From positions 1 to 29,615 of the forward strand of contig CBDBIJ010000028.1 in assembly GCA_965205655.1 (NCBI GenBank): a DNA stretch of 29,615 nt, given 5' to 3'. The position numbers and the translations under genes were made by a program. Numbering within the stretch: position 1 is the stretch's first letter; every line of letters starts with the position of its first letter. This DNA is from Candidatus Latescibacterota bacterium. Its GTDB lineage: Bacteria; Latescibacterota; UBA2968; UBA8231. Below the pieces are notes generated by a model, which worked only from the letters and a program-made list of their open reading frames with translations, searched no databases and was not told the DNA's origin. Shown in pieces: positions 20,615-29,615 of the stretch.

Positions 20615-21458
20615 ATGCCCTCTACTACTCCGTTGCAACCGCACATAGGCGCGCTAATCGAAGACATCGATATCGCCGCGCCGATCGACGATGACACCTT
20701 CGCCGGGCTGCGAAAGGCGTTGGCCACTCATTCCGTGCTCGTGTTTCGCGGTCGCGAGATCACGGACGAGCAGCACGTCGCCTTCACCGAGGGCTTCGGC
20801 CGCATCGAGCCCACGATGCCGAGCGACCCTATCGGCGACGGCGGCCCGATCGGCGTCTTCACCAACGTCGACGACAGCGGCGAGATCATACCGCCTGACG
20901 ACGACCGCATGCTGTACCAGAAAGGCAATGACCTCTGGCATTCGGACGGCTCCTTCCGGCCAGTGCCTTTGCGCGGATCGCTCCTGTCCGCCAAGGCGGT
21001 CCCCCCCGAAGGGGGAGAGGACCGAATACGCCAGCGTGCGCGCGGCCTACGCAGCCCTGTCCGACGACAGGAAAAGGCTGCTCGAAGACCTGAGCGCCGA
21101 GCACTCCCTCGCGCATTCGCGGGCGCAGATCGCTCCCGATCTGGTCAGCGATGATTTCCTCAAAGACACGCCGCCTTCCGTTCATCCCCTTGTTCGTTCG
21201 ATACCGGAGACCGGCGACAAGGCCCTCCTCGTCGGTTCGTTCGCCTCCCGGGTCGTCGGCTGGCCGCTCGAGAAGGGCAGGGTGCTCTTGCGGGAGCTCC
21301 TCGAGGAGGCGACGCAGCCGCAATTCGTCTACCGTCACGAATGGCAACTGCACGACCTGGTGATGTGGGACAATTTCGGCTGTCTGCACCGCGGGCGAGA
21401 ATTTGACCGGGGCAGGCACCGACGGGTCATGCACCGCACGACCCTCGCAGGCGACTGA
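20615..21458 (+). CDS. TauD/TfdA-family Fe/2OG dioxygenase (~280 aa; extra G near 21019)
   Basis: PLQPHIGALIEDID, VLVFRG, WHSDGSF, PPEGGET, HPLVR, YRHEW..DLVMWDN..LHRG, RVMHRTT. Confidence 0.9.
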
Positions 21459-21541
21459 CGCCACCGGCGTCCTGCTGATGGCGGCTGGTCTTTTGCGTTA
21501 GCATGGACCATTTTTCTCGCAACCTGTACACGGAAACGTCC

Positions 21542-22372
21542 ATGCCCCGCATAGAAGACCGCGACTGGAGCCAGCTCTCTCTCGGCGATCGAGTTCAACA
21601 TCTCGAGGTGGAGGGCTACGTCATGCTTCCCGATCGGCTGAGCGCCAGTCACATTGTAGAGCTCAAGGAGCAGACGGCTCAATTCGAAACCATCCACGTC
21701 GACTACAGCGTTCATCAGCGCAGTAGGGGCGACATTCAGTTTGCCGGCGGCGCTATCACCGAGCTGATCGCCAACCCGCCGACGATCGAGTTCCTCGAAA
21801 TGTTGTGCGGCGACATCGTCGCCATGTCGTACGACTACACCCGCTCCGAGCCGGGGCACCCCGGCATCAGCCTCCACTGTGACGGTCAGCCCTGGGGCTC
21901 CGAGATTTTCGCAGCCGAATACACCTGTCCCAAGCTGATTCGAGTGCTCTACTATCTCGACGACCTCATCCCCGAAGTCTCGCCCTTCCGCGTGGTACCG
22001 CGCACGCACTTGAGCTTCCACAACGAGGCCAACCCCTACTTGCGTTACGAAGAGCACCCGGAGGAAGTGATGGTGACCTGCAAGGCCGGTTCGGCGTTGC
22101 TGTTCAACAACAATGTCTTTCACGGCAACTATCCCAACACGGGATCCTACGCGCGCGAATCGCTGCAGATCTCCTACCGCCCTACATGGGCCGGACCGGC
22201 CGAACCCATCGAGCCGTGGGATGCCGCCGAGGTGGCCAAGCTCTCACCGGCCGTGCGTCGACTCATGGGCGACCGTAGCAGCCGTATCTGGATTCCCGAG
22301 GCTGGCAACAAGCCGCCGGACATGCCGCGGGAAGCGCCCGGAATCAACCCGAGTCGCTGGAAGCGTCAGTGA
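21542..22372 (+). CDS. PhyH-family dioxygenase
   Basis: VEGYVMLPD, SLHCDG, VLYYLDDL, VVPRTH, KAGSALLF...FHGNYPN...R. Alternative start at 21503. Confidence 0.85.
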   Translation: MPRIEDRDWSQLSLGDRVQHLEVEGYVMLPDRLSASHIVELKEQTAQFETIHVDYSVHQRSRGDIQFAGGAITELIANPPTIEFLEMLCGDIVAMSYDYTRSEPGHPGISLHCDGQPWGSEIFAAEYTCPKLIRVLYYLDDLIPEVSPFRVVPRTHLSFHNEANPYLRYEEHPEEVMVTCKAGSALLFNNNVFHGNYPNTGSYARESLQISYRPTWAGPAEPIEPWDAAEVAKLSPAVRRLMGDRSSRIWIPEAGNKPPDMPREAPGINPSRWKRQ

Positions 22373-22416
22373 TAACCAGGTTGGATTACAACTCGTAGCC
22401 CAGGAGAGGATTCCCT

Positions 22417-23403
22417 ATGAAAATCGCCCTCGGTCTCGGCCCGGAACCCGATGCAGCGTCGGCTTTCGGCACCCAGTGCGGCGTCGAGCACGCCGTCGGC
22501 TTCTTCGGCCTTGGCCCCAAACCAGACCTCGCCATAGACGACGACGAGCAGCCATTCAGTCGCCAGTCGCTGGCCGCTACCAAGGCGGCCTACGAAAGCA
22601 ACGGCTACCAGCTCTCGGTGATCGAGTCCCGGCCGCCGCGGGAGAAGATCATGCTCGCGCAGCCCGGGCGCGACGAAGAAATCGAGGTCGTCTGCGAGTT
22701 CATCCGCAACATGGGCGCCGTCGGTATCCCCGTGTGGTGCCCGGCCTGGATGCCCGTCCACTTCGTCATTCGCACGTCTGAGGTCACGCCAACCCGCGGC
22801 GGAGCGAAAGTAACGGCTTTCGATCTTGAGGAGTTCAATCGAACCGCCCCGCCTCACGAGCACGGCGAGGTCACCGAAGAGGATCAGTGGGACAACCTTA
22901 AATATTTTCTCGAGCGCGTCGTGCCCGTCGCCGAAGAGGCCGGGGTGAAGCTCGCCATGCACCCCGACGATCCGCCACTCTCGCCGATTCAGGGCGTCGC
23001 CCGCATCATCAGCAGCGTCGACAACTACCAGAAGATGCTCGACCTCGTCCCCAGCCCTGCCAACGGCATCGGCCTGTGCCAAGGCAACTTCGGCTTGATG
23101 ACCGACGACCTGCCCGGCGTCATTCGCCACTTCGGAGAGCAGCAGAAGATCCACTTCGTCCACTTCCGCGACATCCGGGGCACACCCGAAAAGTTCGACG
23201 AGGCCTTCCACGACGACGGCAAGCACGACATGGCCGAGTGTGTCCGCGCCTACCGCGACGTCGGCTACCAAGGCGTCGCGCGGCCGGATCACTTCCCGCG
23301 CATGACGTATGCGGACTTCGAGGACGAGCACGAAATCGAGCGCCTCTTCGCCATCGGCTACATGAAGGGGTTGATCGAAGCGGTTTACAGCGAGCTGGAC
23401 TGA
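22417..23403 (+). CDS. uxuA: Mannonate dehydratase (UxuA)-family protein
   Basis: AGGAGAGG RBS; WDNLKYFLERVVPVAEEAGVKLAMHPDDPP, NGIGLCQGN, IHFVHFRD, RPDHFP, FAIGYMKG. The substrate may differ from mannonate. Confidence 0.85.
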   Translation: MKIALGLGPEPDAASAFGTQCGVEHAVGFFGLGPKPDLAIDDDEQPFSRQSLAATKAAYESNGYQLSVIESRPPREKIMLAQPGRDEEIEVVCEFIRNMGAVGIPVWCPAWMPVHFVIRTSEVTPTRGGAKVTAFDLEEFNRTAPPHEHGEVTEEDQWDNLKYFLERVVPVAEEAGVKLAMHPDDPPLSPIQGVARIISSVDNYQKMLDLVPSPANGIGLCQGNFGLMTDDLPGVIRHFGEQQKIHFVHFRDIRGTPEKFDEAFHDDGKHDMAECVRAYRDVGYQGVARPDHFPRMTYADFEDEHEIERLFAIGYMKGLIEAVYSELD

Positions 23404-23420
23404 GAAGTCCGCCAGCTATT

Positions 23421-24182
23421 TTGCGCATCCTTACCGAATTCGACCTCGATTTTTTCCGTCACAACGAATATGTCGTTCGCACTGACCTCGTAACGCCCGA
23501 CGAAGTGCGGGAGTTCGTTGAGCTCTTCAGCGCCGACCGCAAGATCGTGCCGCTTCGATGGGCTCGCCGCGGCACCCAGGACGGCAACTACGACGCCCTC
23601 GTCACCTCGCCTCAATTCGATACAGTCATCCGCCATCCCCTCATCCTGCAGGCCGTTGAAGAGCTCATGGGGGGGGCCGTCTGCTTCGGTGAAATCGGCA
23701 TCCGCTTCATGGGCCCGTACGACGGCGAACTGAAACAGTCCTGGCACCGGGACAAGCTACACTGGCCCGAGCATCCCTTTCGCATGGACTACATCCAGCT
23801 CATGCTCTACCTTGCGGACGTTGACGAGACGACCCACTGCTTCTCAGTGTCTCCCGAGTCTGTCGATGAACCGATTCTGGAGGATACGGCGAAACAGCTC
23901 GAACGCGGCGGCGGCGTTGACATCCACGGCCCTGCCGGAACAGTCTGTCTCTTCAACGTATCGGTGTTGCACACTGCCACGACGCGACCTACGCAGAGCG
24001 AGCGCTTGTCCGTGCAGGTCTACTACGGACACCGAGCGCGCGCCTACCTGGCCGACGACTCGGTAATTCCCCCTATGTTTTGGAAGGACCACCCCGACCC
24101 CGAAGTGCGAGCCTTCTACGGCAACATCAACGAGATCACTCGCATTTACTTGCCCGCATTCGGGATGGATGAGCCGACGTGA
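23421..24182 (+). CDS. PhyH-family dioxygenase
   Basis: The track ORF 23076 overlaps uxuA; plausible protein begins at TTG 23421 (start uncertain). WHRD, QLMLYLADVD, PESV, GPAGTVCLFN..VLHTA...R. Confidence 0.8.
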   Translation: MRILTEFDLDFFRHNEYVVRTDLVTPDEVREFVELFSADRKIVPLRWARRGTQDGNYDALVTSPQFDTVIRHPLILQAVEELMGGAVCFGEIGIRFMGPYDGELKQSWHRDKLHWPEHPFRMDYIQLMLYLADVDETTHCFSVSPESVDEPILEDTAKQLERGGGVDIHGPAGTVCLFNVSVLHTATTRPTQSERLSVQVYYGHRARAYLADDSVIPPMFWKDHPDPEVRAFYGNINEITRIYLPAFGMDEPT

Positions 24183-24274
24183 TCTCGGGCTTGGTGTCCG
24201 GCGAAAGGGCGCCTTCGAATCCTTGCTGGTGGGAGAGGATGTCTGATCCGGAACCTGATTCGGATTCCCGCCCG

Positions 24275-25072
24275 TTACCTGCCCGGGTGAACCGTGGGTT
24301 CCCGACGGGGATCGGCTGCCACCTCGGAGTAAAACAGGCGCTGGGCGGGCGTCATACGCTCTAGCGCTTCCTTCGGTGGCCAGTAAGCTCGCCACTTCAT
24401 GCCTGCGTGGTTGTATTTGTAGAACAGATTCACGCGCTCGCGGTCGCTGTTCCAGGGAACCGCGCCGTGGGCCAGCGCCTCGGTGAAGATGACGACCGAA
24501 CCGGCCTTGCACGGCACCGAACGCAGCGCCGAGTTGTCGAGCTTGCCATCCTTGAACTCACGCATATCGCTTGGGGTGGGAAAGTGCGCGTTGTGGCTGC
24601 CCGGGACGCAGACGAATCCGCCTTCCTCCTCGCTCACGTCCGTCAGGTTGAAGGACACGACAGTGTGGCCGGCGAAGATCTGCCCGTTGAAATGGTGGTA
24701 CATGAAGTTCGGGTCTACGCCGCCGCCGCCGCCGTGCAGGTTCAGGCCGCCAAAACCCTTGCGTCGAATGCGGGCATAGGTGACTTCGAGCCGCAATTGA
24801 GGACTGATGATCTCGGAGAGGATGCCGATGACTGGTGGCAGGTCGATCAAGTCTGCAAACATCGGGCCTATGCTGGTCAGGTCTCCGACGCCGATCTCGC
24901 CGGGCTCGGGTTCGTAATGGGAAACCCCAGTGGGTAGCTGATCTCGGGGAGTGTCGATTAGCTCATGGAGGGCGTCGATCAGCCGTTCGCAGTCGTCGCC
25001 TGCGAGCACATCCTCGACGACGAGGTAGCCGGCAACATCAAAGAGATATTTCTCCCCGTCGGTCATTATCAT
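24275..25072 (-). CDS. PhyH-family Fe/2OG enzyme with an HxG instead of HxD motif
   Basis: YLFDVAGYLVVEDVL, LNLHGGGGG, FNLTDV, GGFVCVPGSH, CKAGSVVIFTEALAHG..PW...R. The start may be 25066. Confidence 0.85.
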   Translation of the reverse strand: MIMTDGEKYLFDVAGYLVVEDVLAGDDCERLIDALHELIDTPRDQLPTGVSHYEPEPGEIGVGDLTSIGPMFADLIDLPPVIGILSEIISPQLRLEVTYARIRRKGFGGLNLHGGGGGVDPNFMYHHFNGQIFAGHTVVSFNLTDVSEEEGGFVCVPGSHNAHFPTPSDMREFKDGKLDNSALRSVPCKAGSVVIFTEALAHGAVPWNSDRERVNLFYKYNHAGMKWRAYWPPKEALERMTPAQRLFYSEVAADPRREPTVHPGR

Positions 25073-25231
25073 TCCTCATTCTTGGAGTGGATCGGGAATT
25101 TTCCGATTCTGGTGCAGAATAGAGCGGCTGAACCGATGGCCGCGGAGATTTAATATACTTACGGGTCTGGTTTTCCGCTTTTCTTGAGCGCGAATTGTCA
25201 CGCAATCAAACTGTGAATCGGAGGTGTCAGA

Positions 25232-27181
25232 ATGGCTCATGTTGGCTCTTCTTCAGATTCGGTGACGGTCCCCGGATTGGTCGAGGTCAAAGCGACACAG
25301 GTTTCGCCGCCCCCCGGATGGGCTCTTCTGGAACGCCAGTTGATGAAACTCATGGAGGGCGCCGTTCAGCCGATGGTGGACAAATACGCTGAAAAGGGCG
25401 GGGCCTTCTACTTCGCCGACGACGTCGACGACCTCTACGAAAGGGTATACAACTGGGGCCTGTTCTACGCCATGGGGGCAGATAGACAGGTGCTCGACCT
25501 GGCGCTGCAGCAGTGGAATGCGACCACCCGCTTCTTCGCCGACGATATCGTCAGCCGTATCCACAAGCGCTTCCAGTCGCAGATCCACAACGAATACTAC
25601 AATCAGGAGGTCCCCGGTGCGAGTGAATGGCATCACCAGGGCGAGGGCAACATGGCCTTCTACCATTTCGGCCTGGCCGATCCGACGATTTCGGAGAACG
25701 TCCGCCGTGCCAAACGGTTTGCTGCGATGTTCATAGGCGAAGATCCCGAGGCCCCCAACTACGATCCCGAACACCGGATCTTCCGCAGCCCGATCCAGAC
25801 CAGCGTCGGACCGTACGTCCACAGCAGCCTCCAGCACGCGACCGAAAGGCTTCAGGGGGGGATACCGAGCATCGGCGAGGTATACCGCTGGTACGGCGTG
25901 CGGGCCACCCTCTATCCGGTCGTCAAAGACCTGGAGCCGGACTGGACGGAAAACCCGCAGCGTCGGGACGAGATCCTGAAGCTGTTCGATCAGGTTGTCC
26001 TCAACGGCGATGTGGCCAACAGCCTGGGCGCGACTGCTCTCGTCACGAACGCCTACCTCTACACCGGCGAAGACAAGTACAGGCAGTGGGTTCTCGATTA
26101 TACCGAAGCCTGGATGGAGCGCATGCGGCGCAACGACGGCATCATGCCGGACAACGTCGGACCTACCGGGCAGATCGGCGAGAACCGGCAGGGCCAGTGG
26201 TGGGGTGGGATCTACGGCTGGAACAGCTTCATGGGCTACGGCATCATGTTCAGCTCGCTGACGATTGCCGCCGAATGCGCCGTCCTGCTCACTGGTGATT
26301 TCAGCTACCTGGAATTGCTGCGCTCGCAGATCAAGGTCCTCATGGACAATGCCACCATCCGTGAGGACGGGCACCTCACCCCGCCGGCCCGCTATGGCCC
26401 CGACGGCTGGGAGTACCATATGGGCCATCCCGACCCTTTGAAGGGGAGAACCCAGCCGTTCCGCCTGCAGGAACTGACTCACCTCTACCACATCTCGATG
26501 GCCAGCGAAGATTACGACCTCATCGCCAGAATACGGGAGACCGACAAAGAGCGCGATTGGAATCACGTGCCGGTCGTCGGTGAGAAGAACTGCGGTGACA
26601 CCGAACTGGCCCGCTTCCAGTACTACGACGGCAAGAATCCGGACTGGCCGATGAAGATTCTGCAGGCCGAGTACGAGAACGCCCAGACTGCCGTCGACAA
26701 GATACAGAACGAGACCCGCGATGCATTTGCTCTGATCGCCGATAACCCCGGTTCCCCCAATCCGGTTTACACCAAGGGCTTGACCCAGGTGATGATGGGC
26801 GCACCGCATTCGGTCTACACCGGTGGGCTGCTGCGTGCGACCGTGCGCTACTACGATTCAGACCGCGCCCGGCCCGGCCTGCCAAGAGACGTGGCCGCCC
26901 TGGTCGACAAACTGGACGCCGATGGCGCCGGGGTTCATCTGGTCAACTTGAACACGAGCGAGACGCGAAACCTCATCGTGCAGGCCGGCGCTTTTGGCGA
27001 GCACGAGTTTGTCGAGGTGACCCATGCAGGGCAGACCGTCCCCGTGGAGTCGAAGTACTTCGCCGTCCAACTACCACCCGCTGCATCCATCCGCTTGGAC
27101 GTGGGCATGAAGCGCTTCACCAACCGTCCCACCTATGCCCTTCCCTGGCACGGGGACGAGATACCGGTGCCGTTCCCGTAG
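25232..27181 (+). CDS. Uncharacterised 649-aa protein, paralog of 12067..13914
   Basis: GGAGG RBS; collinear shared motifs PPxWA..R, DDxYE, WxHxGE, RSPI, PDNVGPTG, WWGGxYGW, RPGLPxxVAALVD, QAGxxxEHEF, PTY. Confidence 0.85.
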   Translation: MAHVGSSSDSVTVPGLVEVKATQVSPPPGWALLERQLMKLMEGAVQPMVDKYAEKGGAFYFADDVDDLYERVYNWGLFYAMGADRQVLDLALQQWNATTRFFADDIVSRIHKRFQSQIHNEYYNQEVPGASEWHHQGEGNMAFYHFGLADPTISENVRRAKRFAAMFIGEDPEAPNYDPEHRIFRSPIQTSVGPYVHSSLQHATERLQGGIPSIGEVYRWYGVRATLYPVVKDLEPDWTENPQRRDEILKLFDQVVLNGDVANSLGATALVTNAYLYTGEDKYRQWVLDYTEAWMERMRRNDGIMPDNVGPTGQIGENRQGQWWGGIYGWNSFMGYGIMFSSLTIAAECAVLLTGDFSYLELLRSQIKVLMDNATIREDGHLTPPARYGPDGWEYHMGHPDPLKGRTQPFRLQELTHLYHISMASEDYDLIARIRETDKERDWNHVPVVGEKNCGDTELARFQYYDGKNPDWPMKILQAEYENAQTAVDKIQNETRDAFALIADNPGSPNPVYTKGLTQVMMGAPHSVYTGGLLRATVRYYDSDRARPGLPRDVAALVDKLDADGAGVHLVNLNTSETRNLIVQAGAFGEHEFVEVTHAGQTVPVESKYFAVQLPPAASIRLDVGMKRFTNRPTYALPWHGDEIPVPFP

Positions 27182-28773
27182 TGAACCCGCAGCTGCACTG
27201 TGTCCAAAATGAGAGGCGTCTGCATTGAATCGTCTCGTTTGCTCACCATCAGCTCGACCTTGTTGTCTCCGCGCATGACCTGAGCGGGATTGAGCCGGCA
27301 TTCGAGCCATTGCCCCCCGGATTCCTGCGCAGGGCCGGCCGGCTCAAGGCCATCGAGAGGCTGATCATTGAGCTTCGCGACGATGTCGTCATTGGGCGCA
27401 AAATCCCAGAAGTGCAGGCGGAACAGCAACTCGGGGACATTGCCCGACTCGATATCCTCGCCCACCTGAAACTCCGTACTGACAAGCTCCCCTTGCGGCA
27501 GTTCCACTTCGCGCACGTCCGCGAAGCTGGAATCGCCCCCGAAGCGGTCCACGCCGAACATCTTGTCCTTTTGTGCCATCGTTTCGAGATCGCCAAGCTC
27601 CCGAAAGGGATCAATACTGGCGTCGACAAAACTATTGAAGAGGTAAATTCCATCCGGATCGGCATTCCACAAATTCACGGCGGCGCCGCGCCATGCCGCC
27701 ATTCTTCCTTCCCATGAATTGAGCGCCACGAAATTAGGCGTCTTCTCACTGCGCAGTGCTTTGGTCCACAGCTCGCGTGTCCTGTTCTCTCCCGCTCCGT
27801 TGTCGAGAAAGGCCCACTGCTGCCAGAAACCCCACCCGATACAGGGATACACTGGCACATCGTACTGGTGTCCCAGGTCGACGCTCTTGCGAAACGACTG
27901 AGTCATTTTCGACTCCTGGAGACCGCCCGGTATCCAGATGTCGATGAGATCTTCCTGTAGCCACTTTTCTATATCGAGACCGACAAATCTCGAATCCTCG
28001 ACGGAAAACGGCGTGCGCGCCGCCAGCAGAAGCGGACGCCCCCTTTGCCGGCTCGCTTCGCCGGCCATCGTGCTCACGCGCCGCACCAGGTCGGTCATGG
28101 CATCCAGGTGCTCCTCCTCGACCGGAAGTTCATCCAGAGTCGGCAGGAAATACCTGGGGGATCGGAGGAAATCCAGCTCCACTCCATCCACGTCGTATCC
28201 GTGGCACACTTCCTGGATCAACGAGAATATGTGCTCCCGGACCTCTGGATAGCTGAAATCAACAGAAGACCAGACCTTGCTCTCGGGATCCTTCTCCCGG
28301 TCGCCTGCCTGACCCAACAAGAATTCCGGATGGTCCCGCTTGAAGGGAGCCAGACCATCTACTAGGAAGTTCGAACCTCCGGGCCAGGAGTCGTGGGTGT
28401 CGTTCATGCGCAGTGACCAGAATCCCTCCCTATCCTGTTCGCGACAGAAGTCGAGCTGGATCTGCAGGTTGTCGCGCCCGTACTCGTCGATGAGCTGCTG
28501 CGGAACTCCCTTGCCGTGAAATCCACCCAATTTCGTGTGGTGTGTGAACGTGAGTCCTGACATGCAGGTGGCATACCAGAAGCTGTCCACCTGGGTCTCC
28601 ATCAGCGGCGCGGTACGTGCCTGGAGAAAGTCATCGATCAGCTCACCGTCGCTGCGGGTCATCAGTCCCGTCATGACGCCATACCCGTCGCTCGTCTCGA
28701 TTATGTCGTCTCCGTCATTGTTGTAAATTATGCGCCGCTTTCTCGAGCGTGCGGCTTTCCTCTCTTCGTCCAT
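27133..28773 (-). CDS. Glycoside-hydrolase-like TIM-barrel protein (GHL10/'family 10 glycosylhydrolase'-like) with a C-terminal beta domain
   Basis: GAGGAG RBS before ATG 28773; RRIIYNNDGDD, SLRMNDTHD, FKRDHPEF, DFSYPEVR, YDVDGVELDFLR, GLDIEKW, DGIYLFN. No signal peptide. Overlaps the convergent gene by 49 nt. Confidence 0.65.
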   Translation of the reverse strand: MDEERKAARSRKRRIIYNNDGDDIIETSDGYGVMTGLMTRSDGELIDDFLQARTAPLMETQVDSFWYATCMSGLTFTHHTKLGGFHGKGVPQQLIDEYGRDNLQIQLDFCREQDREGFWSLRMNDTHDSWPGGSNFLVDGLAPFKRDHPEFLLGQAGDREKDPESKVWSSVDFSYPEVREHIFSLIQEVCHGYDVDGVELDFLRSPRYFLPTLDELPVEEEHLDAMTDLVRRVSTMAGEASRQRGRPLLLAARTPFSVEDSRFVGLDIEKWLQEDLIDIWIPGGLQESKMTQSFRKSVDLGHQYDVPVYPCIGWGFWQQWAFLDNGAGENRTRELWTKALRSEKTPNFVALNSWEGRMAAWRGAAVNLWNADPDGIYLFNSFVDASIDPFRELGDLETMAQKDKMFGVDRFGGDSSFADVREVELPQGELVSTEFQVGEDIESGNVPELLFRLHFWDFAPNDDIVAKLNDQPLDGLEPAGPAQESGGQWLECRLNPAQVMRGDNKVELMVSKRDDSMQTPLILDTVQLRVHYGNGTGISSPCQGRA

Positions 28774-28851
28774 GAGGCTACTCCTCATCCAGGATTGTTC
28801 ACATCATTGCTGATTCATACCTGCATATTCCACATAAGGGTACTCTAAACC

Positions 28852-29615
28852 ATGAAAATCGCCATTGCCCAGATCTGGCAGGAAACGAACACCTTCTCTC
28901 CCGTCCTTTGTGGGCTCGAGGACTTCGAGGCTTACCGCCTCCATGTCGGGGAGGAGGTCATCCTCAACTGCGGCGATGGGCAGGAGATCGGTGGCTTTGT
29001 CGCTGCGGCTGAAGCTGCGGATCGCCTCGAGCTCGTGCCCATCCTGGCGGCCGGTGCCTGGCCTGGCGGCACGGTGACCGCTCAACTCATGAGTCACCTG
29101 GAGGAGATCCTCTTGAACGGGTTGGCCGCGGCACTGCCCGTGGACGGGGTCCTGCTGTCGCTCCACGGCTCGATGGTCACCGAGACCATTGACGACGTAG
29201 AAGGTCACCTCTTGAGCGAGATCAGAAGGCGCGTTGGTCCGCAGGTGCCGATAGCCATCTCCCTGGACCATCACGCCAACATCACGCGGCGGATGATGGA
29301 CAACTGCCAGATCCTGGTCGGTTATCGGTCACTGCCTCACATCGACATGTACGAAACCGGCAAACGGGCAGCCGAACTTCTCCTGGCACATCTTCGACTG
29401 GAGATCACGCCGACTATGGGATGGCGCAAGATCCCCATGATAACACCGGCAGATTTGTTTTTTACGACGATGGAGCCGATGAAGACATGGTTCGATGCAG
29501 CGCGGGAGGTGGAAGCGCGACCCGAGGTCGTTTCAGTATCCCTGTTCCCCGTGCAACCCTGGCTCGATGTTCCCGAGTTGGGCTGGACCACAGTTGTCGT
29601 CACCGACGGAGACAC
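28852..29615 (+). CDS. M81-family (MlrC-like) metallopeptidase/deacylase, running off the window end
   Basis: Absent from the ORF track because it has no stop. Manual translation: MKIAIAQIWQETNTFSP...DGVLLSLHGSM...DDVEG...ISLDHHANIT...GYRSLPHIDMYETG...QPWLDVPE. Confidence 0.9.
   Translation, partial: MKIAIAQIWQETNTFSPVLCGLEDFEAYRLHVGEEVILNCGDGQEIGGFVAAAEAADRLELVPILAAGAWPGGTVTAQLMSHLEEILLNGLAAALPVDGVLLSLHGSMVTETIDDVEGHLLSEIRRRVGPQVPIAISLDHHANITRRMMDNCQILVGYRSLPHIDMYETGKRAAELLLAHLRLEITPTMGWRKIPMITPADLFFTTMEPMKTWFDAAREVEARPEVVSVSLFPVQPWLDVPELGWTTVVVTDGD

Noticed and set aside
21456..21496. GC-rich hairpin after the TauD gene
   Set aside because: Imperfect stem and a short, displaced U-tract; not enough to call a terminator.
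24183..24274. Short hairpins between convergent PhyH genes
   Set aside because: Weak stems and no U-tracts; expected by chance at this GC content.
25073..25231. AT-rich divergent intergenic regions (also 13915-14042 and 2547-2691) as promoter/operator sites
   Set aside because: Promoters are likely there, but no consensus box or shared palindrome could be identified with confidence.
1..29615. CRISPR arrays, tRNA/rRNA, riboswitches, phage or defence genes
   Set aside because: No regularly spaced repeats, recognisable RNA gene signatures or matching protein motifs seen by eye; a covariance-model scan was not possible.

Overview
High-GC bacterial window. The gene content suggests an FCB-group organism such as Latescibacterota (inference only). 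It holds: (1) a three-gene outer-membrane cassette (TonB-dependent receptor, a ~1100-aa exported protein with a T9SS type-A-like C-terminal domain, and a PorV/PorQ-family beta-barrel) beside a divergent lipoprotein; (2) a patchwork of catabolic enzymes: five PhyH-like Fe/2OG dioxygenases plus the tail of a sixth, TauD/TfdA, Gfo/Idh/MocA, AKR, a UxuA-like dehydratase, an M81/MlrC peptidase, two glycoside-hydrolase-like proteins, an MFS transporter and two paralogs of an uncharacterised ~620-650-aa family; (3) three insertion sequences. Two different IS256-family elements, each with an intact target duplication, split one gene into three pieces that rejoin in frame. About 14 small frameshifts, many in homopolymers, look like long-read consensus errors rather than true pseudogenes. 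Best candidates for new biology are the TBDR/CTD-cargo/PorV cassette with no SusD, the uncharacterised paralog pair, and an HxG-motif (halogenase-like) PhyH protein. All family calls come from motif recognition; no database search was run.
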